A stretch of 64,000 nt of DNA from contig OZ024740.1 of the NCBI GenBank assembly GCA_964016885.1, positions 395,188,001 through 395,252,000 on the forward strand, in the 5' to 3' direction. The notes under the pieces are model-generated. The model was not told the DNA's origin, ran no database searches, and saw only the letters and a list, made by a program, of their open reading frames with translations. Made by a program: the position numbers and the translations under genes. This stretch comes from Eledone cirrhosa (lineage: Eukaryota). Positions 1 to 12,798 of this stretch are shown in pieces (position 1 is the first letter of the stretch; the number at the start of each line of letters is the position of its first letter).

Positions 1-578
1 GATTCTGCTGAGGAGGTCTTCCGTGCTGTCACATACATCTGGGGACATTTCAATGATGGGGCGTATGATCAGGGAGAGGAAGTAGGACAGTCTGTAGTTA
101 CTAGCAATGTTAGCTCCACAGACTGGCTGTGTTGGTAGTCCTGTGACAGGGTCATTGCTCGTTTTATGGTCTTTTCGAAGCCCATACAACGCTGGCACAT
201 CATTGTTCCAGGCCTGGAAGTTGTTGGCAGTCCTTTTGTTGGGCTGCATTATATTTGTCCACATCATCATATGGGCATTGAGGGCTTTTTCTCCATCCTC
301 CTGCTCTTGTGTTGTTACTTCTCTTGTGTTAGTGATGTGGGGTTGCATTACCTGGATGTAGTTTGGCAGACTGTCAACCGACATTCTGCCAGACTTATCT
401 GTTGGAAAGCATGCTATCTCTCCATTACGCGAGCGCTGCATGAGCTTACGCAAGCCATTTGCAGATTTTTCTCCCAGTTGCTGGGCCTCCATTCTATTAT
501 GCTTCTTGCTATACTGTTCTATAATATTTCTAAGTTTAGATCTAGCTATACTAAATTGTGCTTCTGTTTGTTCATCAA
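1..578 (-). mobile_element. Penelope-like element (family A), N-terminal part of the reverse transcriptase ORF; runs off the window start
   Basis: Manual translation of the minus strand is open from about 578 to 1: ...GLRKLMQRSRNGEIACFPTDKSGRMSV...VPALYGLRKDHK...TQPVCGA...LSYFLSLIIRPII...STEDLLSRI. This contains the PLE DKG-like motif, P.LYGL.K.HK and the RP.V-equivalent. It is absent from the supplied ORF track. Confidence 0.85.
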
Positions 579-1074
579 TAGAAAACATGAGTGGAACAGC
601 AACATCACAACTTACAATTAAGGACAAAATGAAAACACACACGCACATAGAACAAAAAACCAACCAGTAACATGTAAATAAATAAATAAATAAACGAATA
701 TAAACGCACACAGACACCCGGATGTAACACATGCGCAAACTAAGCACACAACACACACACAAAAACAAGATGGCGTAGGACAGAACAAAGGAGAGGCACA
801 AAAAACAAAGAAAAGAATCCCCAGTCACTGAAGAGGTCACAGAATGTGTGACGAAAGAACTTTGACAATATATAAACAACCATCTGGTTGTGGAACCAAC
901 CAACCAACCGGAAATTTATAAATTCCTAAATTTATAAATTTATTATAATAAATTGAAGTGAAAGCATTTGGTGCATGTGTTTCTTATTAGCAACATGACC
1001 CTCCCAAAGTATAACAATATCGGTTTCAACACACGTTTTTAGATAAAGAATCCTGCTAAATAAATTCAGAAACG

Positions 1075-1080
<6 letters not shown>
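575..1080 (+). mobile_element. Inverted pseudo-LTR (ORF end plus 3' UTR) of PLE family A
   Basis: The plus strand reads NRKHEWNSNITTYN*, resembling a PLE ORF terminus, followed by a UTR with a hammerhead motif that ends at (AT)n. The same UTR recurs at 42826-43188 and 45284-45765. Confidence 0.75.
824..866 (+). ncRNA. Minimal type I hammerhead ribozyme motif (family A)
   Basis: gtca-CTGAAGA-g-gtcaca/gaatg/tgtgac-GAAA-gaac-tt-tgac; stem I gtca/tgac, 6-bp stem II, very short stem III. Confidence 0.7.
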
Positions 1081-1130
<50 letters not shown>

Positions 1131-1134
<4 letters not shown>

Positions 1135-2800
1135 TCATCATCATCATCATCATCTTCGTTTAACGTCCATTTTCCACACTAGCATGGGTTAGACGGGAGT
1201 TGTTCCACTTGAGGCAAGGCTGGTTGTGTGACCGTGTCTCGCTCATATAGGACTATCTGGCAGGTGTTCTATGGCTGGATGCCCTTCCTAACACCAACCA
1301 CATTTACAGTGTGGAACTGGGAACTTTTTACCATGTTACCTACACGGCCACATTACAGCGTGGACTGCGTGTTTTTTTTTTGTTGTGACACCTACACGAA
1401 CTCGATCTCATTTTCTCGTGCTGTTGGTGGGAATGGGAGGATAGGGTAGGGGTAGTAGATTGGGGTGCATATTTGGTTAAGAGGTGCCTACTGACTGTAG
1501 GTTTCGCTTTGTACATAGGCAAGGCGGGTCTTCTGTATTACTGCATAGCGCCAAAGATCTTGGTCCAGAGACATTGTCTTGGAGAGATGTAAGTGTGTGA
1601 GGTCGGAATTTATCAGATCATCCCAGGTTTTTCTGGGTCTACCTACTCCGTAACTACCATCAATTTTGATCGCCCTGTACTTTTTTATGCAGCTGTCGTC
1701 TTTCATGCACATCACGTGACCATACCAACGTAGTCTTCTCTCAAGTAAACAGCATCTGATCCCTCTTATTCCTAATTTCTCACTTAGTCATTTATGTTTT
1801 GCCGTTCACGTATATTACTATTACACATCCAACGGATCATGCATGCTTCGTTCCTTTCCAGTCTACGCAGGTCCTCTGCACGTAATGCCCATGTCTCACT
1901 GCCATGTAGCATTGCTGTTCGTATAGAGGCATCATACAATCTGCCTTTCATTTTTAGAGAGAAACCTTTTGTGGCCAACAGCGGTATAAGCTCTCTGAAC
2001 TTTTTCCATCCAGTTCTGACTCTGGCTACTGTACTTTCAGAACACCCTCCACCACTGCTGATTTTGTCACCCAGGTAATGGAAAGTGTCTACTATTTCTA
2101 TAGAAGCATCTGGGCAATGGAAGGAGCTAGTATCCTTTGGACACTTGCTACTTATTGCACCTGAGCATTGGCCACATATAAAGTCTACGTTCTTAGATAG
2201 TTTACCTGTGATCCCACTACATCTTTTATGTACCCATACTTTGCATTTGGGACATAAAATGGAATTTCTGCCTACTCCTTTCCTGCACACTGAGCATTGC
2301 CATTTCCCTGAGGGCAGCTGTGCCCTATTTTCCTTTCTACAAACTAGAACTCTATCTTAGACAAGTTAACTTTAAGGCCTCTTGATTCTAGGCCATGCTT
2401 TCATGTTTCGAATTTCTTCTCTAGTTCAGCCATTGATTCAGCTATGAGCGTTAGATGATCTGCGTATAGGAGTTCCCATGGACAGCCAGTCTTGAACTCC
2501 TCTGTTATAGCCTGAAGGGCAATAATAAATAAGAGGGAGCTAAGGACAGAGCCCTGATGAACGCCAACTTTTACACTAAATTCTTCACAATATTCATTGT
2601 TAATTCTAACCTTACTGGCTGTTTCATTATACATAGCTTGTATAGCTCTCACAAGCCATTCATCTACACCTAGTTTTCTAAGAGCCCACCAGATAATGGA
2701 GTAGGGGACTCTGTCAAAAGCTTTCTCCAGGTCTACAAAAGCTAAGTAGAGGGGTTTACTTTTAGCTAGGTACTTCTCTTGTAGTTGTCGTACAAGGAAT
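1131..2800 (-). mobile_element. 5'-truncated RTE-clade LINE (disrupted RT plus 3' UTR with (ATG)n tail)
   Basis: VGVHQGSVLS, LLYADH(D)L, FHYLGD, LHGSETW and GRPRKTW motifs, with a stop and frameshifts between fragments. (CAT)n tail at 1131; (AT)n on both sides. Confidence 0.93.
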
Positions 2801-3504
2801 TAAAATATATATATAAGCATTGGCATAACTTGGCATCAAGAACTTTATTCAATTGAAATTATTCATATTCTAAGATGGCTATGTGGCTATATAAGACTCA
2901 TTTTGAGATAAACATGAAGTTCAACAACAAGAATATGAGAATTGAGGAGAAGTGGGGTCCATGTGTTCTTGCTGGTGGCCTATTCATGCTGCATATATGT
3001 TCTACCAGTTTCCTTTTTATGGTTAGTTTTAACAAAGTCACACCAGCATGCTATTTTCTCAGGAGTTTTGCAGAAATTGTATCTTTCAGCACATCCTAGT
3101 CCCTCTTTGCTCACTGCTCCTATTTCTCTTATGCTCAAAGCTTCATTCTCTTACTTCATGCTAAAGTCATCTCTGATTAAAATCTACAGAAGGAGAGTCT
3201 GCATCACAGACCTCAATGAATCTGGAGGGATGATCTTCAATAATAATTATAATTTAATCTTAAACAGCACTTTTCCGGAAAGTGACAGAGGAAGGCAGTA
3301 CTTAGTGGATGAGAACTTTATCAAGGAGCTCCCAATCAATGCTATACGTTTTTTTTAAATTAATTTTTCAAGTCTTCCACATCAATACCCAAAGCCAGTC
3401 ATTTCTACCTTCCTCAAGCCGTATGTAGAATGCAAGCATTGTTTTTTGGCCACTAATCACATTGTCCAGCTAGTAAAGTGCCCCAACCACCTGGCAGCAT
3501 TCTG

Positions 3505-3709
3505 AATAATAATAATAATAATTGTTTCTACTTTTTGGCACAAGGCTAGCAATTACCCAGTGCATTACTGGTACTTTATTTTATCGACCCTGTAAGGATG
3601 AAAGGCAAAGTTAACCTCGGCGGGATTTGAACTCAGATCATAAAGGGACGTAACTCTATGCTTCAAAGCATGGTGTCCGACTCTCTACCGATACTGCCAA
3701 TCCACCACC
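3505..3709 (-). mobile_element. tRNA-derived SINE, family 1
   Basis: A/B-box head (ggtggattggcagtatcggtagag...gagttcaaatccc), central ctttcatccttac.gggtcgataaaataaagtaccag domain, (ATT)n tail; many copies in the window. Confidence 0.85.
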
Positions 3710-3764
3710 CCTCAATAATAATAAAAACAATAATAATAATAATGTGGTTTAATCTTAGCCATGC

Positions 3765-4335
3765 AGGTTCAAGCAATCAGAGTGGGATACACCAGAAATA
3801 ATATAGATAAGGAAGACATCTCAGCTGCACATAGAATGTAGGGTGAAATGCATGTGGTCTCTGATTGTAAAATACTTATTCAAAAGATTATTAGAAGTGG
3901 AAACATGAAAGAATGGCTACCATTTTACACTGGCAAATTCATAAAAGAATTTGAATTCTCACATGAGAATAATGATAATTCAGAATATATCCTTGAAATC
4001 GACCATTTAAAAGTATTATGTGATAGGAATATTTGAATGGAAAGACAGGTGGAATGTTTACAAATTAAAAGCAAAAAGTGTGTTAGTTAATCGATGGTGC
4101 ATGATCATTTGATACGAGAGATGTTGACAAAGAATAAGAGAAAATAGAAAATCAGCAAGGCCTGAAATATGAAAGGTAGTAAGTGTGAAATTGCCACAAA
4201 GTTATCACAGAGCCTATTAGACAGTGATGAGAACTTGAAATGGTTAGATGAAAATACTGGATACTGAGATGAATTTCTTGATGCTACAGAAAGCTTGTTT
4301 ACACAGCAAGAACCATAAGAATGGTGCAAGATAAG
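3765..4335 (+). pseudogene. Degenerate C-terminus of an RLE-bearing (R4/Dong-like) non-LTR retrotransposon
   Basis: Broken frames read QAIRVGYTRNNIDKED..HVVSDCKIL and LQKAC..ARTIRMV, typical of the zinc-knuckle/RLE region. Confidence 0.55.
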
Positions 4336-4388
4336 ACTACAGAATGCTGACTGAAAAAAGAAATACTAGTAATGATTATATAAAGAAC

Positions 4389-4617
4389 TTGGCAATATCA
4401 GTAAAGCATCAGACACCATGATTGGCAGCATAGAGTTATGTCCCTTTACGTTCTGAGTTCAAATTCCACCGAGGTTAGCTTTGCCTTTCATCCTTACAGG
4501 GACGATAAAATAAAACACCAGTAAGTACTGAGGTTGATTTAATCAACTTTCTCCTCCCCTTCAAAGTGTTTGCCTTGTGCCTATAGTAGAAATTATTATT
4601 ATTATTATTATTATTAT
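4389..4617 (+). mobile_element. tRNA-derived SINE, family 1
   Basis: Same head, central domain and (ATT)n tail as 3505-3709. Confidence 0.8.
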
Positions 4618-5195
4618 CTATCTCAAATCCCCAAATAGAAAAAGTTCAGAAAATATTACTCATGGGAACTGTTCGTATCCTACAAAAAATAATGTCTATG
4701 TAACTCCAAAACAATCTTTTTTCACAAATTATCAAAAGCACTTTTAAAAGTACATAATAACAACTATCTTTTATTGTTATTTTATTGTCTTACTATCATT
4801 TTAGCACCACACAACTACTTTTAAACAAGCTTATAATTTTCTTATGTTTTGACTGACATTTTCTTGAGTAATTAAAACACAAATCCATATCACTGAACTA
4901 CATTCTTCTCTCAAAACATGGCAGTTATCAAATATCTTAGCCATAATGCCCTCTTGATCTTATAACTTGCTGTCACTAGAAGTCTCTGGGTGAGATTGAG
5001 AGTTAGCTCATACAAACACAAAGCAAAATCCAAACACCAAAATAATAATAATAATAAAATTTTAAAAAATAGCACTATTAGGCACTGCACACATATTATG
5101 AAAAGTACTATCAATACAATAGAAACAACACCAGCAAAAACTACACTGCTCATACCCAAGGTGCACAGAGCTGTGTTCGGTAAAGCAATAAGGGT

Positions 5196-5455
5196 CATCA
5201 TCATCATCATCATCATTGTTTAACGTCTATTTTCCACGCTAGCATAGGTTAGATGGGATTGTCCCACTTGAGGCAAGATTGGTTGGGAGACCATGTCTTG
5301 CTCGTATAGAACTGTATCTGGCAGGTTTTCTACAGCTGGATGCCCTTCCTAATGCCAACCACATTTACAGTGTGGACTCGGAGCCTTTTTACTGTGTCTC
5401 CTACACGACCACTTTACAGCGTGGACTGGGTGCTTTTCGTCGTGACACCTACACC
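5196..5455 (-). mobile_element. RTE 3' tail fragment with two 48-bp-like units
   Basis: (CAT)n plus tttaacgtc...gctggatgcccttcctaa, homologous to 1131-1400. Confidence 0.8.
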
Positions 5456-7384
5456 TAAGGATGCACAATAAAAAAACAATAATAATAATATGTTTATTAG
5501 CAAGATGGGTTTGCACATAGAAATACAGTGAACATTGCAAACATACATGTGAGGCTAGACAGATAAAGTTAGATAAAAATGAGGGTGGGCATAAAGATGT
5601 TATAAAATAGATTAATTTAATAAAACATGAAATTGTTATAATACATTCAACATTTAACACAAGAAATTGGATAAAACATAAAAACATCCATACATGTGGG
5701 ATTCCATTGGTTAAGTCTAGTCAGAAGATCCCACATTCCTCCTCATCCACCACATATTATATACATTATATTATATATCTAAATCCTCTATAAGTATTTC
5801 TTTGGTGGGTTCATCAACAAAAACATCCACTGAATATATTTTTATTTGAATCACAAACTTTACACAGATGTATATGTATTTCATCTTGGATTGAAAAAAT
5901 AATGGATCAGGAAATACCTGAGCTGAGAAACAAGTTTGAGGCTAAACCAAATATGGATAAATTATCTGATCATATATAGAATGGTAGTTAGACTAAGAAG
6001 GAAAAAAATCAAGAGAAGATGGCAAGTGAAAGAGGAAGAAAAGTGAAGAAAGAAAAACAAACTTATAACTAGAACTATTTTGACTTTAAAGGAAAGAAAA
6101 TGTTGAATGAAAGAAATTCAGATAGCAAATTCTATAGTATTTATAGTTTGGTTAAAAAGCTAACTAAAATACCTTAAAAAAGTAACTAAAACTAAATTGA
6201 TTCAAGATTGTAAAGTTCGGTTTCAAGCAAATGGATACACTTTTCCAATTACAAAAACCAAATGGTTTCCAATTGTTTTCAGTATGGGGTGAAGTATTTG
6301 AAAGAAGCAGTAAAGCAGTACTTTTAGATCTAACCAGAATGGCAGGGAAATCAGTTATAGGTTTTGTTGTTATTTTTTATCGTTGTTGTTAATGTTACAG
6401 TTGTTGTTGTAAAAGGTGCTTAAATAGTGATGCAATGATATTGGCAGTGGTGGTGATGGTGGAAGTGGTGCTGTTTCTGATGATGGTGGTGTTGGTAGTA
6501 ATGTTGGTGCATATTGAATTGGTTGCCATGGTTCCTGGTAATACAAGTAGTTGAAGTAATAATTGTGGAAACTATTTAGTCCAAGGTTAGCTCTGGTCAA
6601 GCAGAACTATAATCAAAGGCATTCCACCTATGACCATCCAACCTCAGATATAATGTATTTATAATCCCACTACATGGAAGCTCCTTTGTTAGCTCATTGA
6701 TTGTCTGTAAATAGTATAGATGTTGCTGATCATGTCCCTACTCTAGGCACTGTTGTTATTTTCATTTATCACTTGGTCAGGCCCAGATCAAACAGATTCA
6801 TAATACATATGTAATCTGGGAAATAATTAGATTCAATACACAGATCCATCTTATTAGATATATCATAGCTCTATCTCATTCAGAACCATATTTTGTAATC
6901 TGACATGCCATGGTTTGTTGAATAAAGTGCAAAGTGAAACTCCAACAATTTGGCTTTTTTTCCTCTATCTTGTCTGCTTTTGTGGGTCTGTTGCTATAGT
7001 ATAGCCCAAGTAAAGGGGATCTATGATGGAAACAATTCCAACTCTTTGCTCCTTTAGATTAATCCTGGCTGAACAAACTTATCAAAAACACATTGCCTAT
7101 CTAGGACTTTATTATTGACCTCTCTCCCTTTTTAAGATTTGAAGGTGTAATTTTAGGAAGATTTGGCTGCTCTTTCCAGCAAGTTGTGTAATCATGTAGA
7201 AGCTCCCTTGTTAACACGTATTTCTATTGTTGTTGTTTAGTCTCAGATCATCACAGATCAAGCAGACCCATAATGACAATTTTAATGACCATGACCATCC
7301 TATCTTTCTGTTTATTGTGGATTCATTATCCAAAGTATGCTTCATCATTTTCATCACCATTTTATATTCATTTTTACATTTGAT

Positions 7385-8080
7385 GGGTCTTTTTCAGCAG
7401 ACATTAAGAACTTCAGAAAATCTAAAAATCTATTAGTATTTTCAGATAAAACTAAAATTCTTTATGGGGTAGATTATAGTTTACATAAACAATTGCTCAG
7501 TAATAACATAACTGAACATTATATGAGAGCTAGTTCACATGTGTATATTAACACTAATAGAGAAACAAAGGTCATAACGGTAAGCATAATATTGATAATA
7601 AACTAAACATATTAGCTAAATTTCAAGAGTTAATAACTCGTAACAATTACTTTGAAAATTTGAAATCTAACCTTATATGCAGATTATTTAAGCTTGCTAA
7701 ACCTGAAATTGGTTTTGTAAGGAAAAACCCTCTTAGCAAATTTAACTGTAATATTAGAAAAGCTACTAACCTCCAGCAATGGAACAATATTAAAACTGTA
7801 ATTGTTTGGATTAATGATATTAATAAATGATGCCAATTTTATCCAGTTCCACCAAAGTGGACTTCTGCCTCTCTCTTCAAATCCTTACTATGTAATATAT
7901 TATATTTGGCCAAGTTATTAAACAATATAGATATTAATGATACATAAATACTGCACACTAGGAAAATGTTGTTCTTTGACAGAAATTCTACCTCAGTTGA
8001 GCAGTTTGACCAAGTTGGTTCTTTCAATGCAAACATGGGTTCATTCAACAACTATGAGAGTTATAACCTCATTGGATTAT
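7385..8080 (+). pseudogene. Old degraded Naiad-type PLE RT fragment
   Basis: Reads DIKNFRKSKNLLVFSDKTK, CRLFKLAKPEIG, NLQQWNNIKTVIVWI and FNANMGSFNN..LIGL; the last two align with LKQWGNTGEVIEWF and FDITMGS..LVGL in 35916-37722. Confidence 0.7.
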
Positions 8081-8288
8081 TAGCATTTAAACCAGCCGTA
8101 TCTGGCCAGAATTCTCTCACCTTTTCTTGTTCAAACTGGCTGTAACCAGCCACTCATACTGATGTTAAGATATTGTTCTCAAAATAAATAATATTATAAT
8201 CTCATAGATTTGATATTATGTGAGATAATTACATGAGGTAAAGTCTTTACCATGAAAATATAATAGCAAATATAGAGTAAAGGGTTAA
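8080..8288. mobile_element. piggyBac-like MITE (same family as 29422-29642)
   Basis: Ends tagcatttaa... and ...aaagggTTAA; the interior is the reverse complement of the 29.5-kb copy. Confidence 0.6.
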
Positions 8289-9569
8289 AGTTATATCACT
8301 ATATGTTGGTTTATATAGTGCCTATGTATGTGTGTACACAGAATTGTCTTTGTGAGGGACAGTCAGGTCATTCTTTTTAAGAATGTCCCAATCTCCTTTG
8401 ATAAAATAACCATGCAATAGAGACATATATACATGTGTAATATTTTGGTTGCAGTGAAACTTGATCTACTGATTCCTATTTTTTTAAATATTTTATACAG
8501 AAAGACATAGTCATATGTTTTGCAAATTAATCCAAGCAAAAAATTACAAGATTTGCCTTAAGCTCAATAATTTATCTATTCTTATGCAAAAGCATGTGTT
8601 TTCTATTTTTGCTACACAATATATAACTAAATTATCTTATATTTATGTATATTTTCTGCAACTGCATATTTAAAATATTTCTACCCTTTTATATTCAAAG
8701 GTTTCTAAATTATAATCATCTACCAAGGAAATATTTTTATTCATACCCAAACTACCTCAATATAGGTTAATATAATATAATTATTTGTATACCCAGTGTT
8801 TTACACTCATCCAGCAGTCAGTTGCCCATGTATATATACATATATGCTCAATCACAAGACATTATAAGAAAGGAGTTCAGCTAATACAGCCCATTATTAT
8901 CAAATGCCTCCCATCAAAAACACCTCTTTGGCCTCAGGAAATTCGAGAGGAGTTCCCTGTCCCAGGATCCCAAAAGCATTCTTGTTTCATCTCCCAAAAT
9001 TTCCCTCAGTGACCCTGGTCAGCCACATGCATGGTTGCACAGTAGAGATTTCTTGCAGAGGAACACACAGAGTCAGTGCGAATTTGTTAGGGGGTTTCAC
9101 AGTAATTTCTTGAATAATAAGTATTGATGTCGGAATAATAATTCTGGTTATATTCTGCTGATTTGATGAAATTTGGCAACTGAAGATAATATTGCACGAT
9201 AATTTTCAGACACTTTCAGTTTAAACAGCAATAAATGTGAAGTGGTTGTTAAAAATAGTGCATAAATTTGGTGTTAAATAGTTTAGTGACTTATCTCATG
9301 CATATGCAGTGAAGATAAATGTTTTGCACAAATATAATTTTCTACAATCAGATTACACTCTATTTAGATCCCCAGTGAAGTGTCAAATTGTTGCAAAAAT
9401 CAATAAGTCAAATCATAATAGACAAAACCCAAGTAGTGTGAATGAAAGAGGTGTTACTCAGCTTGAGCTTACACCAAGTCCACTTTCAAAAACAATACCA
9501 AAACAACAAGATAAACAAAGTAAAAATAAGAAAAGAAAATGTGAACTTTTATTGTTTATAATTTGACCC

Positions 9570-11222
9570 AGATTGGTGATAAAACTGAATCGAGAAGGTC
9601 GTGTGTTGAATGTAGAAAGGTTTCTAGTAATTGCAGCTTAAATCCAGTTGAACAAAAGCCACATTTAACTGTTAAAGAAATGTGAGTAATGATTTTAAAA
9701 CAAAATGTTTGAAATTTAATCAAAAGAAAGCAACACTTTTGGCTTTTATGTAAAAAGAATGTCCTTTACTTGCTTCATATTGAATTTGCTATCAACGAGC
9801 AAAAATCACATGAAGCACATACCATATATACCCAAATATAAGTTAACCCCCTTATTTTATGTCTGAGAAATAGGTCAAAATCCAAACCCCATTTATAATC
9901 CAAGTTAGCTAATCAACACATTGTTTAGTTGGCATATATAAGCCAACCTCCCATTTTACTATCGAATTTTTGGTCACATACTCTTCGGCTTATATTTGAG
10001 TATATATGGTAATTGCACAAAATTGAATAAAGCCTTGCTAGTTAAGTCGTTTTGCTTGGGTTTGTATTCTACATTTAATAAGACAGAATTGTAGAAGATT
10101 TGTTAACATACAAAAGATCGGCAATAGTACTGATCTGGTACTTTATTTATTGAGTTCAAATGATGAAAGGGAAAGTGGACCATAGTAGAATGTGAACTCA
10201 GAACCCAGTAAGCTAGAACAAATATTAAAACATTTAATCCAATACCATAACAACTCTGTTAATTTGCCACCTTCATACTACAAAGGAAACAGTATTTAAT
10301 TCAATTCATTCATTTATGGAAAAAAATGAAATTCCATGGAAAATTTATTCAAATATTTGCATTGATGAAGCTGCAGCTATGACAGAGAAATGTTGGGATC
10401 TGTTACAAAAATAAAAAATAAAAATAAAAATGCTGAAAGTATCAACTTTGTCTTAATTGCCAAGTGCTAGCAGCTAAACTTAATGCTTCAGGTCTGAAAT
10501 TATTAGTAATGATGTAGTAAAACTGGCTAATTTTATTAAATCAAAAACACTAAATGCAACAACCTTCAGTTTATTCTACAGAATCAAAGTGGTTTTCATA
10601 AATAAATTGAGTTATTTCTATCAAAATGGTCTTCTGAAATTTCAGCCAAAGTAAAAAATCGGTGTTGGGTGGAAAAAGTAGCCTGCATTCTTATATATTC
10701 ATTTAGTTGAATAAGATTAATCTTACACTACAGGGTACTAATGTAAAATGAAGGCACTTGTCAAATGTAAAATGGAGGAACTTTGCACTCAAAGATGAGG
10801 TTGATTGCTTTGAAAACTTTAATTGTTTTTGTGAAGTATTAAACAAAATTTCCCTAATTCATCATACAGAAGATTTAATTTGAAACCCAGATTAATAACA
10901 AGTTATTTTCAAGAGTATATTGAAAGCCAACTTTAGGTTGAAAATCTATTTGTAAATTCATGAAAATTAAGCAGTCTTTCACAAGAAGAAAAGGAACAGC
11001 AAATTGACTTTACAATGGCTTCAAATCAAAATCCCAACAAGTGGAACTGACAAAATGTTGGATTGCATTATTAATGGAGTATCCCATTATAAATATAAAA
11101 ACTGAGTATCCCATTATAAATATAAAAACTACAGTTACATAGTGATTTCTGAGAAATAATTTTTCAGAGTATTTAATAACAAAAACTAGTTTAGAAGTAA
11201 ACTGAATATAGAAATTGACTTA
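9570..11222 (+). pseudogene. Degenerate hAT (Buster/Charlie-like) transposase, interrupted by a MITE and a SINE
   Basis: Fragments CVECRKV.SN, LLASY, FMEKNEIPW..ICIDEAAAMT (CTDGAAAM-like), NDVVKLANFIKSKTLNA and C-terminal RSKLNIEIDL. Confidence 0.7.
9820..10011. mobile_element. pogo/Tigger-like MITE
   Basis: Imperfect TIRs taccatatatacccaaatataag / cttatatttgagtatatatggta with TA ends. Confidence 0.65.
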
Positions 11223-12645
11223 AATAACAGCCACCCCTGTACAGGATAACCTCCAGTTTGATGAGTTTCTGGGCTTGGGATAGACTTGAATATCTAACTA
11301 ACAGCCACTCTTGTACAGGATAACCTCCAGAATCTAACCTTGCCTAGGGTGCCAGATAGTCTGGCACTGGCCCTGAGCACAGTCTAGGCAGTTTGAATGT
11401 AAGTTCATCTATCTGCTAGACTCCCAGAGGACGATTGTTTATGACAAGCTTTAAGTATTGCTCTGAAGATATTTTGTAACACTGCATTAGTCATTTCCAA
11501 TCTGAAAGGTTTTCAGAAATGTAAAAAAAACTCACAGTAGTGTCCTGAAAGAATCACTGCAATTCCTTCTGTCTTATATAATCTAGATATTGGTAACTTT
11601 GCAATTATTTGTGATGAAGACAAAAAGCTCATTCTAAGGTGTCTAACATTTCATGACAAAAATTATAACAACATTAGCTGCCTCCATGCCAACAAAAATG
11701 ACGGCTAATTGTAATATCTATACATAATATAAAAAAAGAGATGTTTATTTGTTGGTTGTTTGGTTGGTTCTTTCCTTCACACCCACTCACACAATTGATA
11801 CAAACACACAGCTGTGACGAATCTTAGAATGCTGGACTTCTATAGTTTCTCGCACCTCTTTCATCAGTCATCACATAGATTTATGTATAAGTAATCATTA
11901 TTTTTTTTTAAGTGCGCCTGTTTATATATATGTATGTGTAGATTCATGTGTGTTTATAATTCTATTGTCTATGTATCTTTCTAAATAAACACACATACAC
12001 ACACACATACACTCACAAATATTATATATAAATATAATTTACACAAACATACATATATACACACACACACAAACACTCACATAATCATAACAGCCAATGT
12101 TTGTAGCCAATTCGCTATACATATACACACACTGGTGTAGCGAATGTTAGAGACACTGCCACCCCTTCCTTATTCAGTCAACGAAATCACCCCTTCCTTC
12201 CTCAGTCATCTCTAGTATGTGATGGACAAATACACAAGGCTTTTATATGAGTAGATCGTTTTTATGAGAAAATGAGTGGAACCAAAATGTGATTATAACA
12301 TCAGCAAACAAGGAATTCTAAATTCTTTTGCCCTATCAGTTTGAAATAGCAGCCAAATCTCCTTTAAATCACACACTACCACAGGACAAACACCATTATA
12401 TTGGACAATAGGCCCAGGTTGCACACTGTCTAAAAGAAAATGTACATGATGCTCATGGCTGAGACATCTTTGATCACAAATCTTATCTCTCAGAAGTTAG
12501 CTAGGGCTAAACAACAGGAAGAACAATTGTAAAACATTCTTCCAGAAAATATTCTCACAGCAATCAAACTCTGCAATAGGTACAACCAAAGTAATAAAAC
12601 AGTAATATTTTATTGAAATGTCACTGTTTCTTTATATTTCAAAAG

Positions 12646-12798
12646 ACCAGTTGGCAGTATCTTATTGAGAGGTTGATTTTCACCAATTCACGACATACAA
12701 ATGACCTAAATTCAGTTTGCACTTCAGTGCACCAAGGAGTTAGCTTCTACAAAGAACAAGTATCATCCATACTTAGCATTGCTAAGATATTTATGAAG
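12646..12798 (+). other. Possible isolated host coding exon (153 bp, phase 0/0)
   Basis: Pyrimidine tract and AG before, AAG|GTAAGT after, open frame TSWQYLIERLIF...AKIFMK, non-repetitive; no recognised homology. Confidence 0.25.

Noticed and set aside
11400-11570. THAP-like CISHF...TAIPS remnant
   Set aside because: The motifs are short, lie in different frames with stops, and have no further support.
11714-12256. Possible Helitron 5' ends (tctatacataatataaaa...; ...ttttatatgagtagat)
   Set aside because: No matching hairpin-CTAG 3' end could be identified.
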